Shown in pieces: positions 15,101-28,040 of a stretch of 64,000 nucleotides of DNA (positions are counted from its first letter, which is position 1; each line of letters begins with the position of its first letter). The stretch lies in NCBI GenBank assembly GCA_977017575.1, contig CDRNVI010000139.1, forward strand, positions 186,001-250,000. The letters are read 5' to 3'. The position numbers and the translations under genes are program-made. Under the pieces are notes generated by a model. That model did not search any database, was not told the DNA's origin, and worked only from the letters and a program-made list of their open reading frames with translations. This DNA comes from Paramoeba atlantica (Eukaryota > Protista > Discosea).

Positions 15101-15862
15101 GAGGCTGCTTTTGATCAATTAAGAACAAAAGAACAATTAGGGTATATTGTCTTTTCCTCAGTTCATTCAGCACATGGTGTTCAAGGATTCCGTTTGATTG
15201 TTCAATCTTCTGTTGCTGATCCCTTGTATCTTGAACAGGTATCTTTCTTTTTGATTGGGATTTTTATTTTTTTATCTTTTTCTCACTGAATGTGTTTTTT
15301 CAGAGAGTTGAATCTTTTCTTCTTCAATTTGGAGAAAGGCTCGAAAAATTGACAGATGAATTATTTCAATCAAATATAAAATCTCTCATCACTCGAAAGC
15401 TCGAGGAAGATCGCCATTTGAGCCAAGAAACTGGTTTTTTTCCCCCTCTTTTTCTTCCTAATTCTTTTCTTTCTAAATTCTTTCTTTCAGATCGAATTTG
15501 GGACTCAATTATCCGACACAAAGATGGATTTAATTTGCGAGTGCAGGAGGCAGAAGCAGTTGCAACATTTACGAAAGAAGATGTTCTGAATTTTTACAAA
15601 ACGTATCCCATCTTCTCGTTTTTCTTTCCTCTTTTATGATGTTTCTAATTTGTTGGCCAATTTCAGGTACCTGTTGAAGGGATCAGCAGAGAGGAGGAAG
15701 ATGACAATCAATCTCTTTGGATGCAATCACAGTCAAGAGAAAGCAGGAACAATTGGTCCAGCGGAAAATGATCAAGATTATCTTGTTGGAGAGGAGCGTG
15801 TTTTAATTGAAGATTTTGATCGTTGGAAACGGAGTCACCCTCTTTTTCATAATACCGCTTGA
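12140..15862 (+). CDS. IDE: Insulysin / M16A zinc metallopeptidase, copy 2
   Basis: [13 protein letters not shown]; HFLEHMLF; [10 protein letters not shown]; HLLGHEG; [10 protein letters not shown]. Ends [12 protein letters not shown] at 15862. Inverted paralog of copy 1. Confidence 0.93.
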
Positions 15863-15960
15863 GAATTGAGTTTTGGCGTTTATATCAATAATAAAAGAGA
15901 AATTACAAGAACCAAATTCATTTGAAAGGAGATTTATTAATTTTGTTGGTTGGTCCAAAA

Positions 15961-18354
15961 TTAAAGCCTCAATGAAGAGAAGGATTGTTCAAGAGATGAA
16001 GCTGCCGCTGGAAAGACACAAAAAAAAAGTTAAAAAAAGGAAGAGAGAGAGATGTCCAACAAAAACAATCCAATGTTACCTTGCATGGTAGGTCTTTTTC
16101 CTGGCTCATCATTCCAACATTGCCACATCATTTTGATGATTGCTGAGGTGAGAGGGTCTGGGTTTGAGAAATGGGATGGGAGTTTAGGTCTGAGATGTTC
16201 CTTTACTACACCAATAATAATTTGTGCTTCTGTGAACCCTGTGAACCCCCGAAAGTGAGAAGAGAAAATGGAAAAAGGTAAAATCTGAAAAAAATTTTTA
16301 AAACCTTTGAATGGTTCACAATGAGAGAGGACTTCATAAATAATCATTGCAAAGCTGTAGACATCAGCTGGATATTTATAACCTCCTCCTTAAATTGAAT
16401 CAAGTGAGTGTTACAATTCAAATGATGTTCAGAAAAGAAAGAGATTGTTGAAAAACCTTGAAGGACTTCTGGGGCAATCCACGGCATCGTCCCACAAACT
16501 GTTTTTGCGGTTGTTTGATCTCTTTCCAAAGGTTTTGCCAGACCAAACTGCCAAAAAAAGGGTCAAATTTTAAAAAATGACCAAGAAAGGAACACAAAAT
16601 AAAAGAAAAAACGTACATCTGTGACTTTGACAACAAACCCATTTCCAAGGAGAAGATTTTGACATTTTAAATCTCTGTGGATAATATTTTTGTTGTGTAA
16701 ATATCCAACTCCCAAGGCGGTTTGATGAATGATCTTCCATCGAAGTTGAGGATTCCATTTTGTTTCTTTTTTGAATTCCGAAATCAGATTTAATAATTAA
16801 AATAAAAAGAGAATAACAATGAACCTTGATCACGGAGTGCATCATAAACACTCCCTCTTTCGATAAACTCAAAAATAATGCACATATTTTTACTTTGGTC
16901 AACAAGGCTCCCCAATAGTTTGACTGAAAGATTGAAAAATGTCAATATTTAAAAAAGAAATAAAAGAATAAAAAACTGAAAGAGAATTGAGAGCTCACAC
17001 AAACCAACATTTGGATGGTTTAAGCGACTGAGAACACCGACCTGAGAAAATTGGTCATTATTTTTTGTCAAAAAACTAGAAAATCGAAAATAAAAGAAAC
17101 CTCTTTTTCAAAATCCTCAAATGCATCTTGAGACAGAAGAGATCGAAAAACTCTTTTGACTGCCACCTTCTTTCCTCTTACAACAGCTAAATAAACTTCA
17201 CCACAAGCCCCACTCCCAACCTTTTTGAGAAAATGAAATTCAGAAGGAGATGCTTTTGATAAATCTTGGGGAACTTGTTGTTGTTGTTGTTGTTGGGCAG
17301 GAACTGGGGAAGAATGTCCATGTTGTTGTTGTTTTGCTCTTGGAGATTCATAAGGAGAAGGCCGTGCTTGTTGTTGATTTGGTTTCACAGGCGAAGGTTT
17401 TGCTTTCACCGGAGATGGTGTGGCGAATTGGGGTGAATTTGGAGCTCTTCTTGTGGGAGGAACATGGAGCTTTGGAGGTGGAGGGGACGGGGATAGAGAT
17501 GAGTCATCATACATACTCTCACAAAGACTCATGTCCATTGGTCCGCTGGGTTCAACTGGCCCCAAATCAACAACTTTTCTCTTTTTTTGGGGGTTAGAAG
17601 GTGGAGCTGCTTCTTTTCTTTTTCGGTCTTCGACCACTTGAGTGGCTCTCACCTGAGTCTTTTTTGGGACTGGCATGTGGACTCTTTCTTGAGGTTCTTG
17701 CGATTCAGGAAGTAAAGACGGTTCTTCGATCTGTGGAAAAAAATTCTTGAGAACAGAAAGGTTCTCCAGAAGAATAATATTGTTGGGCAACAAACCATGG
17801 TTGCAACCAGATCTTGACTTGTCCCATCGTCAGCTTCAATCTCCACAAGAATTTCACACAGATTACTCAATCTGCAAGTCAAATTTTGAGAATTGGATGA
17901 GAATCAAAAAAGAAGGCAAGAAAATTTTCAAACAAGATTATTGACTTATGAGTCAAAGGAGTTGGAACATCCATTTTCACTTCCTTCTTTATCCCATTTG
18001 CCCCAATCACATGTGTTGGGTTAGAACTCACCTGTTGGGAGAGAAAAAGTCTCAGAGGTTTCTCGATTTTGGTTGAAGAAGAGAAAAAGAAGAAAGATTC
18101 AAACCCTGTGAAGGTTTACAGAGCCAACACACTGATCGATCAGAATTGTTGCATGCCTTCGACTAATTTTTTCATCTTTCAAACCCAAATCTTGATTGCT
18201 CCGTCCAAGAAGAGTCGTCTTCTCAGTAAGTTCTTTAAAAATACAGTTTGAATTCATTTCAAAAAACAAAACTTCATATTATGAAAAAAAAACCTAAATC
18301 AAAAGAACAATTCTTCACCCCTTTGATTCGAACACGCAGATCTTCAACCGCCAT
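15961..18354 (-). CDS. FHA domain + Pro/Ser-rich linker + TKL-type Ser/Thr protein kinase
   Basis: Small 5' exons give TTLLGRS, ISRRHA and SSNPT (FHA signatures). Kinase motifs: [52 protein letters not shown]. Last exon [16 protein letters not shown]. Confidence 0.8.
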
Positions 18355-18514
18355 CCAACAAAAAAAAAGGCAAATGGGCAAACACAAAACAACAAAAAAA
18401 CAGAAAAAGAAAACAGAAATTAGAACCCTAATTTTAGCTTTCAAAATCAAATTTTTGTTTGGCAACTGGGCGAAAGGGTGTTTTTTCTTCAAACATTTTT
18501 TTCTTCTTTGTGTG

Positions 18515-21500
18515 ATGAGCGTTTCCTTGGCAAAGTTGTTGGAGAAGAAAAGAGAACGACTCCTCACTCTCACAAGTTTTACCGAAACACCAGTTGACGA
18601 AAAAGCTTCTCCCAAAGAGGAATTACGTCTCTCTTCTCCGCCCACTACTGAGAAGACCAAAGAAGAAAACCTGCTCTCGCCTCTCTCTTCACCATTGTTA
18701 CCTTTTGATGATGATGCTGAGTGGACTTCTTCAAAATCTTCTCAACAAGCCAGTTCTCCATCTCTCTCTCCATGTCTTGATCTCCCCCTTTCTGAGATAG
18801 GCTCTTCAAAAGGTTCATCGACAGACTCACTGCGACTCTCCCTCAACCGATCATCCTCTCTCACTTCATCCACAACAACCTCTTCTTCCCTTTCTACATC
18901 TTCCTCATCTTCCTCGTCTTCCACATCGTCTTCCTCATCTTCCGTTGTTCCGTTGTCCAGTTCAAAATCCTCCTCTTCTTCGAGGTCATCGTGCTTTGAT
19001 TTGGATTGGAGTGATGATGATGACGATTTATCTCTCTCGAGTGATGACGAAGAACCTTCGTTATCAGGTCAAAAACGAAAAGGAAGAGCATGGGTAACCA
19101 GTTCTTCAACAACAAAAAAAATTAAAAAAGAACCAACCCCGGAAGAACCATTTCTTCTGGGAAAAGATCAGTCAGATACTGAAGTTCTTGTTCCTGGATT
19201 TCTTGCAAAAGTTCTCTTTCCTCACCAACGTGTGGGCGTGCAATTTTTGTTTGATCACTATCTGAAAGGGTGTATTCTTGGTGATGATATGGGACTTGGA
19301 AAAACGATACAGGTATGACAACACAAATGGTTTATTTAATTTTTATTTAACAGAGTTATTTTTTGATCTCTCATCTCATTTTTCACAAGGTTATTGCTTT
19401 CTTGGCTGCGATTTGTGAAAAAAGAGAAGGGATTAATCAACCCTCCAAAAAAAAGATTCTGGTTGTTGTTCCAGCTTCTGTGATTGCCCAATGGGAAAAA
19501 GAAATTTTGAAGTTTGGGATGAAATCCTTCCATGTTTGTACCTATCATGGGAGTTCAAAACAATTTGAGATTGGGAAAATACGGAGTGGAGATGCGGATC
19601 TCATGATAACTTCGTATGGGATGCTACAAAGAGAATTGGATTTAATCAACCAAATTAAGTGGACCTGTGCAGTTTTCGATGAAGTCCACAAAATCAAGGA
19701 TAGAACATCAAAAGTTTGTAAGGCATGTAATGAACTGAGTTGTGAGAAGAGAATTGGTTTGACGGGAACGATGATGCAAAATAATTTTGAAGAACTCTGG
19801 TGTCTCCTTCATTGGGCTCGTTTGTTATTCATTCCTTTTTTTCAAATTATTTTATTTCAGACTAAAAGTCTTTTAAATTAACACTCCATTCCCTTCTCCC
19901 CAATTATCAATCTCTCTTCTTTTTCTTTTGAATTTTTTTGAAGGCCCAGGAGCTCTTGGCGGTTTGGATGACTTTCGAATGAACTTCATTAATGTCATTA
20001 AAGCGGGTCAAAAGAGGGAAGCGACTCTCCGAGAAATCGCAGATGCAAAAGACGCAGCAAAAACCCTTTCTGAAACCATTGTAGGTTCGGAACAGAAAAT
20101 TTGATTTTGTGCCCTCCCCCCTTCTTCTCCTTCCCCCACCTTGTTTATTTGATCTGAAACCTCCTCCCAAATTTATTATAGGTACTGTGGTCCTCCGAAG
20201 GGACAAGCGAATTATCTCTCACCTTCTTCCTCAAAAGAAAGATCACATTGTATTTTGTCCTCTGACACCCCTTCAGAAACGCTGCTATTCTCGTGTTATG
20301 CAATGTGATGATGTTCAAGCTCTTCGAGCAGCGTCGACTGCTTGTGAATGCGCATCAGGAAAGACAAAAGGGACCTGTTGTCATCGTTTTGACGACAACA
20401 CAGTCGTCACCTCTGCTTTGTTTTTCTATATGTCAAAGATTATCCAACTTTCGTCCCATTTGTGTTTGTTGAAGTCTGGAGCTGGAGATGCTCATAAGAG
20501 AGCAAGAGATGAAATGTTTTTGGAACTCGCATATGACGATGATGAAGAAGAAATTACCCAATTGAAACGATCACATAAAATTGAAGATCTTTGTGAGCTC
20601 TCGGGGAAGATGAAAGTTTTGGTTCAGCTTCTCCCGATTTGGAGAAAGGAGAAGAAAAAAGTGTTGATTTTCAGTCAATCAACAACGATGTTAGACATTA
20701 TGGAGACAGTTTTGAGGACATTAAGATACCACTTTTGTCGTTTGGATGGGTCCGTTCCTGTTGCAAATCGCCAGAGGATCGCTGAAGATTTCAATACCAA
20801 TCCTTCACTTTTCGTTTTTTTGCTCTCGACAAAAGCAGGCGGTCTTGGGTTAAACTTGGTTTCTGCGAGTGTAGTGGTCGTCTTTGATCCTAGTTGGAAT
20901 CAGGTTTCTTTTAAAAATTAATGTTCTTTTTGTTCTTTAGTTTTTTTTTTTTTTTTATCATCATCTCTCGACTCATCTGTCTTGATTTTTCTCTCCCTTT
21001 TTATTTGAGACCTGGGATCTGCAAGCACAAGATCGAGCCTATCGAATTGGCCAAACAAAAGATACGATGGTGTTTCGATTAATTTCTGAGAAGACAATTG
21101 AGGAGAAACAATACCAACGCCAAGTTTATAAACAACAACTTGATAATGTTGGGCTCCAAAATCAACATCAAAGGAGGTTTCTTTTCAAAAAGTGGGTTTT
21201 TCCAAAATTTTTTACAGAAAAATTAAATTTGAAAACAGATACTTTTCTGGGGTTCAAGGAGTAAAGGGACAAGAAGGAGAACTCTTTGGGACCGCAAATC
21301 TTTTTGCAGATTTGGAAGAAGAGAAAAATGGAACAACTACAGATATTCTTGATCGAACACAAAAAATGTACCAATCTTTTCGAATTGCAGAGACAACATC
21401 GAAACCAACAGAAGAGCAAAATGAGTTTCGTTTTTTTTTTCTTTCTTTTTTTTTTTGGTTCCCAGAGAATTCTCCCTCTCAATTTGTTTTTTTATTCTTG

Positions 21501-21883
21501 AATAGGGAGCCTCCTGGCCATATGAATTCAATTTTTGGAGACCAGACAAAATCAAGTTCTTCAACTTCTTTATCGTCCACCAGTAGTGTTGCTGGTGTTT
21601 TGCAAAGTGTTGGTGCTGGAAATGTCCGAGAACACAATACAATTGTTGGAGAAGCGACAGAAGAAACATTTGTTGCCCTCAAGGTTTTTCTATTTTCTCA
21701 GATGAAATTTTGAAAAGAAAAGAAGAAGAAGAAAGACTTTAACGAAGAGTTCTTTAGGCAGCTCGGGTAGCCCAAGAAGAAAGGCTCCAAAATTTGGAGA
21801 AAATAGTGGCATCAGAACAGAAGAAAAAATCGAAAGGTATTTCTCCACATGATGCAATGATGAGCATTCTTCTCAACAAATAA
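18515..21883 (+). CDS. ERCC6L2: SNF2-family ATPase, ERCC6L2/Rad26L-like
   Basis: [84 protein letters not shown], and [11 protein letters not shown] (VIGSSK-like tail). Confidence 0.85.
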
Positions 21884-22079
21884 AAAGAAGAGTCCTCTAA
21901 AAATGATTTTGTTTTGAAAGGAATTTTATTGAAAAAAAAATGGGGAACAGGATCAAAAGATGAGCTGAAACCAAGGAGGAAACTGGGCAAGGAAAATGGT
22001 GTCCCTTTTCCGGTGTCTCCTCAAAACCTCTTTTTTTGTTTTTCGTTGTTTTGTTTGTTCTGCGTGTTTGTGTGTTGGA

Positions 22080-22832
22080 ATGGATGGGATACCAAACACT
22101 CAACATCTCATCAATTTTGAATTCACTGCTCCTTTAATTCAACTCAAAGAGAAAGAAGTTGATGGAGGAATGTTCTTATTTGCAACCTTTCCAAATGGTC
22201 CAACTCCCTTGTGTTTGAACCCAACTTTCACTTTCGGAGAGGCATGTGGGTGATAACTTCAGTTTCTTGCTTCTTGTTTGTTTGTTTAAAACCTCACCAG
22301 TTTTTCTTTTCTTAGGGACATGAGTTGGAAGTTTAAGGTGATATCAGGAAATAGATATTGGATTTGTGGAGCCGTTCCTCTGGAAACAAAAGAATATCTG
22401 GGAAAACATAGTGGAGCGAGTTCGCTGATCTCTCTTGAAAAAGATATTTCTGCTGTTGTGAAAACATGTGGTTTTTATGCAAGAGGGATGGATCCTTGCG
22501 AATTAGATATGCATAACAAAGATATTGAGGTTCTTTTTGATCTCAAAACTAAAGTTTGAAAACCATTCCTGACTTGATGTGATAGATTGTTGTGAAAAAC
22601 TCACAAAGAGTCTTGGAAATCCATGTGAATGGTGTTCTTGAAAAAACTTTTTCATTGGGAGAGTCAAAATGGGACAAGGGGTTTCGAGTTGTGGTTGCTT
22701 GTTGTCACAATGGATGTGTGCAGGTTGGTTATTTCTTTTCGATTTTGATCCTGTTTCGCTTTTTGAATCTTTTATTTTTTGCAGGTGCAGGACCACCTTC
22801 AATGTTCAGTTAAGCCAGCAAAAAGAGGATAA
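22080..22832 (+). CDS. Standalone SPRY/B30.2-like beta-sandwich protein, copy 1 (about 190 aa, 4 exons)
   Basis: Three conserved GT-AG introns give MDGIPN..SWKFKVISGNRYWICGAV..VIVVKNSQRVLEIHVNGVLEKTF..FRVVVACC..QCSVKPAKRG*. The fold call is by motif resemblance only. Confidence 0.6.
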
Positions 22833-23014
22833 CACATCAAAATCACAAATAAGGATCTCCTTTTTCACCAAGAAATCAAGTCCAAAAAATAGACTTTTGA
22901 TCGAAAGATTGATTTTTCAAACCAAACACTTCACATTGGCCAAAAATAGTGAGTGAGTAAAGCAGAACTATGAAAAAGAGATTTTGTTTCTTTGTGATCT
23001 CCCTGAAAGTTGAA

Positions 23015-23245
23015 GTTCATTTATCAGAATTCTCTCAGCTGAGATTCTTTTTTCACCAAGAGAGAAATCAAGGAGATAGCACAGAGTTGGAAATCGTTGG
23101 CATAATTCATCTCCAAAATCCCAAGTTTGAAGCTCTCCTCTCGTGATTGAGTCAAATGGGACAGTGGATTGAATCAAAGGAAATAAAGAAAATAAAAGTA
23201 GGAAGAGAGAGAGCCTCTTTGACAATGAAGCTTGGGTGAAATGAC
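23015..23245 (-). pseudogene. Duplicated 3' fragment of the neighbouring glycosyltransferase-like gene
   Basis: Encodes LQTWDFGDELCQRFPTLCYLL, versus LQTWDFENELCQRFPTVCHLL in the intact gene's last exon (about 25523-25610). No upstream exons. Confidence 0.7.
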
Positions 23246-23340
23246 AAGGAAAAGAAATGGTGTCCCTTTTCCGGTGTCTCCTCAAAACCTCTTTTTTTGT
23301 TTTTCGTTGTTTTGTTTGTTCTGCGTGTTTGTGTGTTGGA

Positions 23341-24079
23341 ATGGATGGGATACCAAACACTCAACATCTCATCAATTTTGAATTCACTGCTCCGGAAATT
23401 CAACTCAAAGAGAAAGAAATTGATGGAGGAATGTTCTTAGTTGCAACCTTTCCAAATGGTCCAACTCCCTTGTGTTTGAACCCAACTTTCACTTTCGGAG
23501 AAGCATGCGGGTGATTTGTTTCTTGTTTGATGAAAACCTCATCAGTTTTTTTATCTTTTTTAGGGACATGAGTTGGAAGTTTGAGGCGATGGAAGGAAAT
23601 AGATATTGGATTTGTGGAGCCGTTCCTCTGGGAACAAAAGAATACTTGGGAGAATATACTGGAGTGAGCCCGCTGATCTCTCTTGAAAACGAGATTTCTG
23701 CTGTTGTGAAAACACCTGAATTTTATCCAAGAGGGAACGACCCTTTTGAATTAGATATGCATAACAAAGATATTGAGGTTCTATTTTTTATCTCAAACTA
23801 AAGTTTGAAAACCATTCCTGACTTGATGTGGTAGATTGTGGTGAAAAACTCACAAAGAGTCTTAGAAATTCACGTGAATGGTGTTCTTGAAAAAACTTTT
23901 TCATTGGCAGAGTCGAAATGGGACAAGGGGCTTCGAGTTGTGGTTGCTTGTTGTCTCCATGGATGTGTACAGGTTGGTTATTTCTTTTCGATTTTCGATC
24001 CTGTTTCACTTTTAAATTTTTTTTTTTGCAGATGCAGGACCACCTTCAATGTTCAGTCAAGCCAGCAAAAAGAGGATAA
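23341..24079 (+). CDS. SPRY/B30.2-like protein, copy 2
   Basis: Same exon structure and open frame as copy 1; stop TAA 24077-24079. Confidence 0.6.
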
Positions 24080-24289
24080 CACATCAAAATCACAAACAAT
24101 TTCCTTTTTCACCAAGATCTCCTTTTTACACCAAGAAATTAAGTCCAAAAAATAGACTTTTGATCGAAAGATATGTTTTTCGATAGATTGTGGACGAACC
24201 AAACACTTGGCCTTTGCCAAACAAAAAAGAGTGAGTGAGTGAGTATAGCAGAACTATGAATTTTGGTTCTTTGTAATCTCCCTGAAAGT

Positions 24290-24500
24290 TGAAGTTCATT
24301 TATCAGAATTCTCTCAGCTGAGATTCTTTTTTCACCAAGATAGAAATCAAGGAGATAGCACAGAGTGGGAATCGTTGGCATAATTCATCTCCAAAATTCC
24401 TAGTTTGAAGCTCTCCTCTCGTGATTGAGTCAAACGGTAGAGTCGAGTGAATCAAAGGAAATAAAGAAAACAAAAGTAGGAAGAGAGAAAAAGCTTGGGT
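24290..24500 (-). pseudogene. Second duplicated 3' fragment of the glycosyltransferase-like gene
   Basis: Homologous to 23015-23245 and 25520-25720, with small indels. Confidence 0.65.
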
Positions 24501-24590
24501 GAAAAGAAATGGTGTCCCCTTTCCGGTGTCTCCTCAAAACCTCTTTTTTTGTTTTTCGTTGTTTTGTTTGTTCTGTGTTTGTGTGTTGGA

Positions 24591-25342
24591 ATGGATGGGA
24601 TACCAAACACTCAACATCTCATCAACTTTGAATTCACTGCTCCGGAAATTCAACTCAAAGAGAAAGAAGTCGATGGAGGAATGTTCTTAGTTGCAACCTT
24701 TCCAAATGGTCCAACTCCCTTGTGTTTGAACCCAACTTTCACTTTCGGAGAAGCATGTGGGTGATAACTTCAGTTTCTTGTTTCTTGTTTGTTTGTTTAA
24801 AACCTCACCAGTTTTTCATTTCTTAGGGACATGAGTTGGAAATTTAAGGAGATAGGAGGAAATAGATATTGGATTTGTGGAGCCGTTCCTCTGGAAGCAA
24901 AAGAATACTTGGGAAAACACGGCGCAATGAATTCGACGGAGATCTCTCTTGAAAAAGATATTTCTGCTGTTGTGAAAACACCTGAATTTTATGCAAGAGG
25001 GGAGGACCCTTTCGAGTTAGATATGCATAACAAAGATATTGAGGTTGTTTTGTCGTCAATCAAAGTTTGAAAACCATTCCTGACTTGATGTGATAGATTG
25101 TTGCGAAAAACTCACCAAGAGTCTTGGAAATCCATGTGGATGGTGTTCTTGAAAAAACTTTTTCATTGGCAGAGTCGAAATGGGACAAGGGGCTTCGAGT
25201 TGTGGTTGCTTGTTGTCTTGATGGACGTGTACAGGTTGGTTATTTCTTTTCGATTTTGATCCTGTTTCGCTTTTTGAATCTTTTATTTTTGCAGGTGCAG
25301 GATCACCTTCAATGTTCAGTCAAGCCAGCAAAAAGAGGATAA
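24591..25342 (+). CDS. SPRY/B30.2-like protein, copy 3
   Basis: Same exon structure and open frame; stop TAA 25340-25342. Confidence 0.6.
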
Positions 25343-25522
25343 CACAAAAATGTTAAACAAGGGTGTTCTCCTTTTCCCTTGAATCAAGTCCAAAAATTCC
25401 GAAAAGGAAATAAAAAATCTTTTTCGAGGCCTTCTTTTTCGATGGACAAACCAATCTCAAAATAGTGAGTGAGTAAAAGCAGAACGATGGAGTGGCTTTG
25501 CGTTATCCCTGAAAGTTGGAGT

Positions 25523-28040
25523 TCATTTATCAGAATTCTGAGCCAGGAGATGGCACACAGTTGGGAATCTTTGGCATAATTCATTTTCAAAATCCCAAGT
25601 TTGAAGAGCTCTGCTCTCATGATTGAGTCAAATGCCCGAGTGGATTGAACCAAAGAAAGAAAGAAACAACCTCCAAGCAGGAAGAGAGAGAGCCTCTTTG
25701 AGGAGGGGGTTGGTGAAATGGGAGACCACATTCGTTCCATTCATAGTGGGAACTGAAAGAAGACTGAGAATACAAATATCATCTATGGATGCATCAGATT
25801 GCCAATTAATATTTCTGGAGGAAAGAAAAACTTAGTAAAATAGGTCCCAATCATCTCATTTTAGAGATGAAAAATTGACTTACTGGAGGCTATTTTGCAC
25901 AATTTTTTGGCAATCGGAAAGGTTTTCAATTTGAAGAAGGATTTTTTCCAAAGAATAGAGGGGAGAAAGGGGCGCTTCCCCAATCTCTCCCTCCAAAATG
26001 GATTTCCAATTTTTTTGCAGTGAATTGGACCTGCACCGGCCATTTGAACTGCATGGTTTACAATTTCCTCCCTATTGATTATTTGAAAGTTTGTCAAAGT
26101 AAAAAAAAAAACAATCAATAAAAGAATTGAATCAAACATCAGGGATAAATTGTTCTCTATATTTCATTCCGTTGAGTGACTAAAGAGAGAAGTGTCATCA
26201 AATTGAATTTCAAAAAAAAAGAACAATCAAAGAAAAAAATCAAAACCAAGTGGGCCATTCGGAGCACACAAAAAGGTGTTGGGCAACCTTCTTTATCTGC
26301 ATTCGCAATCGAGCACTGAAGCAAAAGAGAGTTTTACAAGAGAAATGAAGAAGAATGAAAAGAAAGAAACAAAAATAAACAAAACTGTTATTCCTTGAGT
26401 TCGGATATTGAGGTGGGTCAGCTCTTGTTTGAGTGAAGATTCGCTGTTTCTTGGATTTTCTCTTCAAAAGTTAAATTGAATGAATTGTTAAATTAGAAAG
26501 AGAAGAACAGCGATTGAGAGGGGAAAGAGAACTTGGGAGCCAATTTTTGAATGGACTTAAAACGGTTCATGGCATTGAGCATTAAATCTCTTCTATCTTT
26601 TTGGTTAGTTTTGAGATTTTAAATGAACATGCGGAGGAAACAAAATGAATAAGAAAACAAAAAGCAAACGGTCCAATCATGAAGCGATCATTTAACCCAC
26701 TATAATGTTCTTTTGCTGGGAGGAAGACATGACGTTTGAGTTCTTCTGGAAAATATTCTTTTTGTCAACAATCCAAAAAAAAAAACAAGAAAGTTTTTTC
26801 AAGAGAAAAGAAAAGAAAAGAAAAAGTTACTCCAACTGAGAGGAAGGCCGATTGGAGGGGCATACCATAGTGCATCAGTTCTTGTTTTTAAAACTGGTCA
26901 TTTTTTTGATCAGAATTTGTTTGAGAAAATTGGTTTTTTTTGATTTTGGTTTTTAAATTTTCATTCTTGATTTTGGAAGAAATCGAAACTGAGGTTATAT
27001 TGGTGTCCCTGATTCTTCTCTTGTTGTCGAATTAACTAAGAGATTCTTTCAAATAAAGAAATGTCCAAAAAAAAGAGAAAAGAAGGGAGAAGAAAAGAGA
27101 AAGAGAGATAAAGATCTAAAACAAAAAGAAAAGAGAAGAAAAGAAAAAAAGACCGTAGAGCATTGGGTTGTGAGGTTGAAAAGAGCATAAATTGATTCAA
27201 CACCAGAAGTGGCAATTGGCATGATTGATTCAGGGACTAATTTTTTTCAAAATAAAACATAAAAAAAAATGAATCATTTAAAATGAATAAAGAAAATAAT
27301 TTTTTGATCCATTTTTCATCATCCTTCCTTCTCTCATCTCTCTCTTCCCTCTTTCTCTCTTCCCTCTTTCTCTCTTTCTCTCTTCTCTCTTTCATTTCAA
27401 GAAATCAATTCCGTTTACCAGGAGAGAAAGAGGAAGGATATTGAAGAGGCATATTTACAACTGCAATTCGCACATTTTGAATTGAATTTTCAGAAATAAA
27501 TAAATCAAATTCTTTTTGTAAAATTGCAATCTTTTTTTGAAGAATGAAAATTTGAAAAAAAGAAAAAGGGGAATGAGAAAAGAGAGAAAAAAAGGAAAAG
27601 AAAGAGAAGAGAAAGAGAAAGAAATTGACGATCAGGAGAATTTGAGAAGTTAAAAACAAACCTTGAAAGCTTCTTGATCGAGAAAAGAAGAGAAAAAGAG
27701 GTCCACTCTTGATGTCTGTTTGGCAAGTGTTTTCACAAGATTTCGAAAGAGAAGGTGAACTATTTTTTTTACTTAAATTGAAATTGAAAAAGAAACAGAA
27801 AAAGAAAAAGAAAAAGTCTTCTCTTTCTTCTCTTTCTTCTTTACTTTCTTTCTTTTCTTTTCTTTCTTTCTTTCGTTTTTCCAAACCGACGAATTCAAAT
27901 GAGCGAATTTCTCCAACCAAACAAATCGCAACTTTCTTTCCATTTCCAACCACCACTGTTGAATCCTCCTCTTCAAGAGAGGAGAAAAGAGAGAGAAAGA
28001 GAGAGAGAAAGAAGAGAGAGAAGAAGAAACAAATTCTCAT
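25523..28040 (-). CDS. Secreted or type II membrane putative glycosyltransferase (DUF7796-like motif set), about 12 exons
   Basis: ATG 28040 with hydrophobic leader MRICFFFSLFFLSLF. Motifs in order: KKVAICLVGEIRSF, RVDLF, YNLILKTRTD, EHYSGLNDRFMIG, NSESSLKQEL, PFCVLR. Exons join in consistent phase. The family name is from memory and the 3' end is less certain. Confidence 0.65.

Larger units (their letters stand above)
21985..25720 (+). repeat. Direct tandem triplication, about 1.25-kb unit (approx. 21985-23245, 23245-24505, 24505-25720)
   Basis: Near-identical GAAATGGTGTCCCTTTTCCGGTGTCTCCTCAAAACCTC heads, genes and downstream flanks recur three times. Confidence 0.9.

Noticed and set aside
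21985-25720. Repeat units as a transposon or CRISPR-like array
   Set aside because: No terminal inverted repeats, target-site duplications, transposase/RT, or repeat-spacer periodicity. It is a simple tandem gene duplication.
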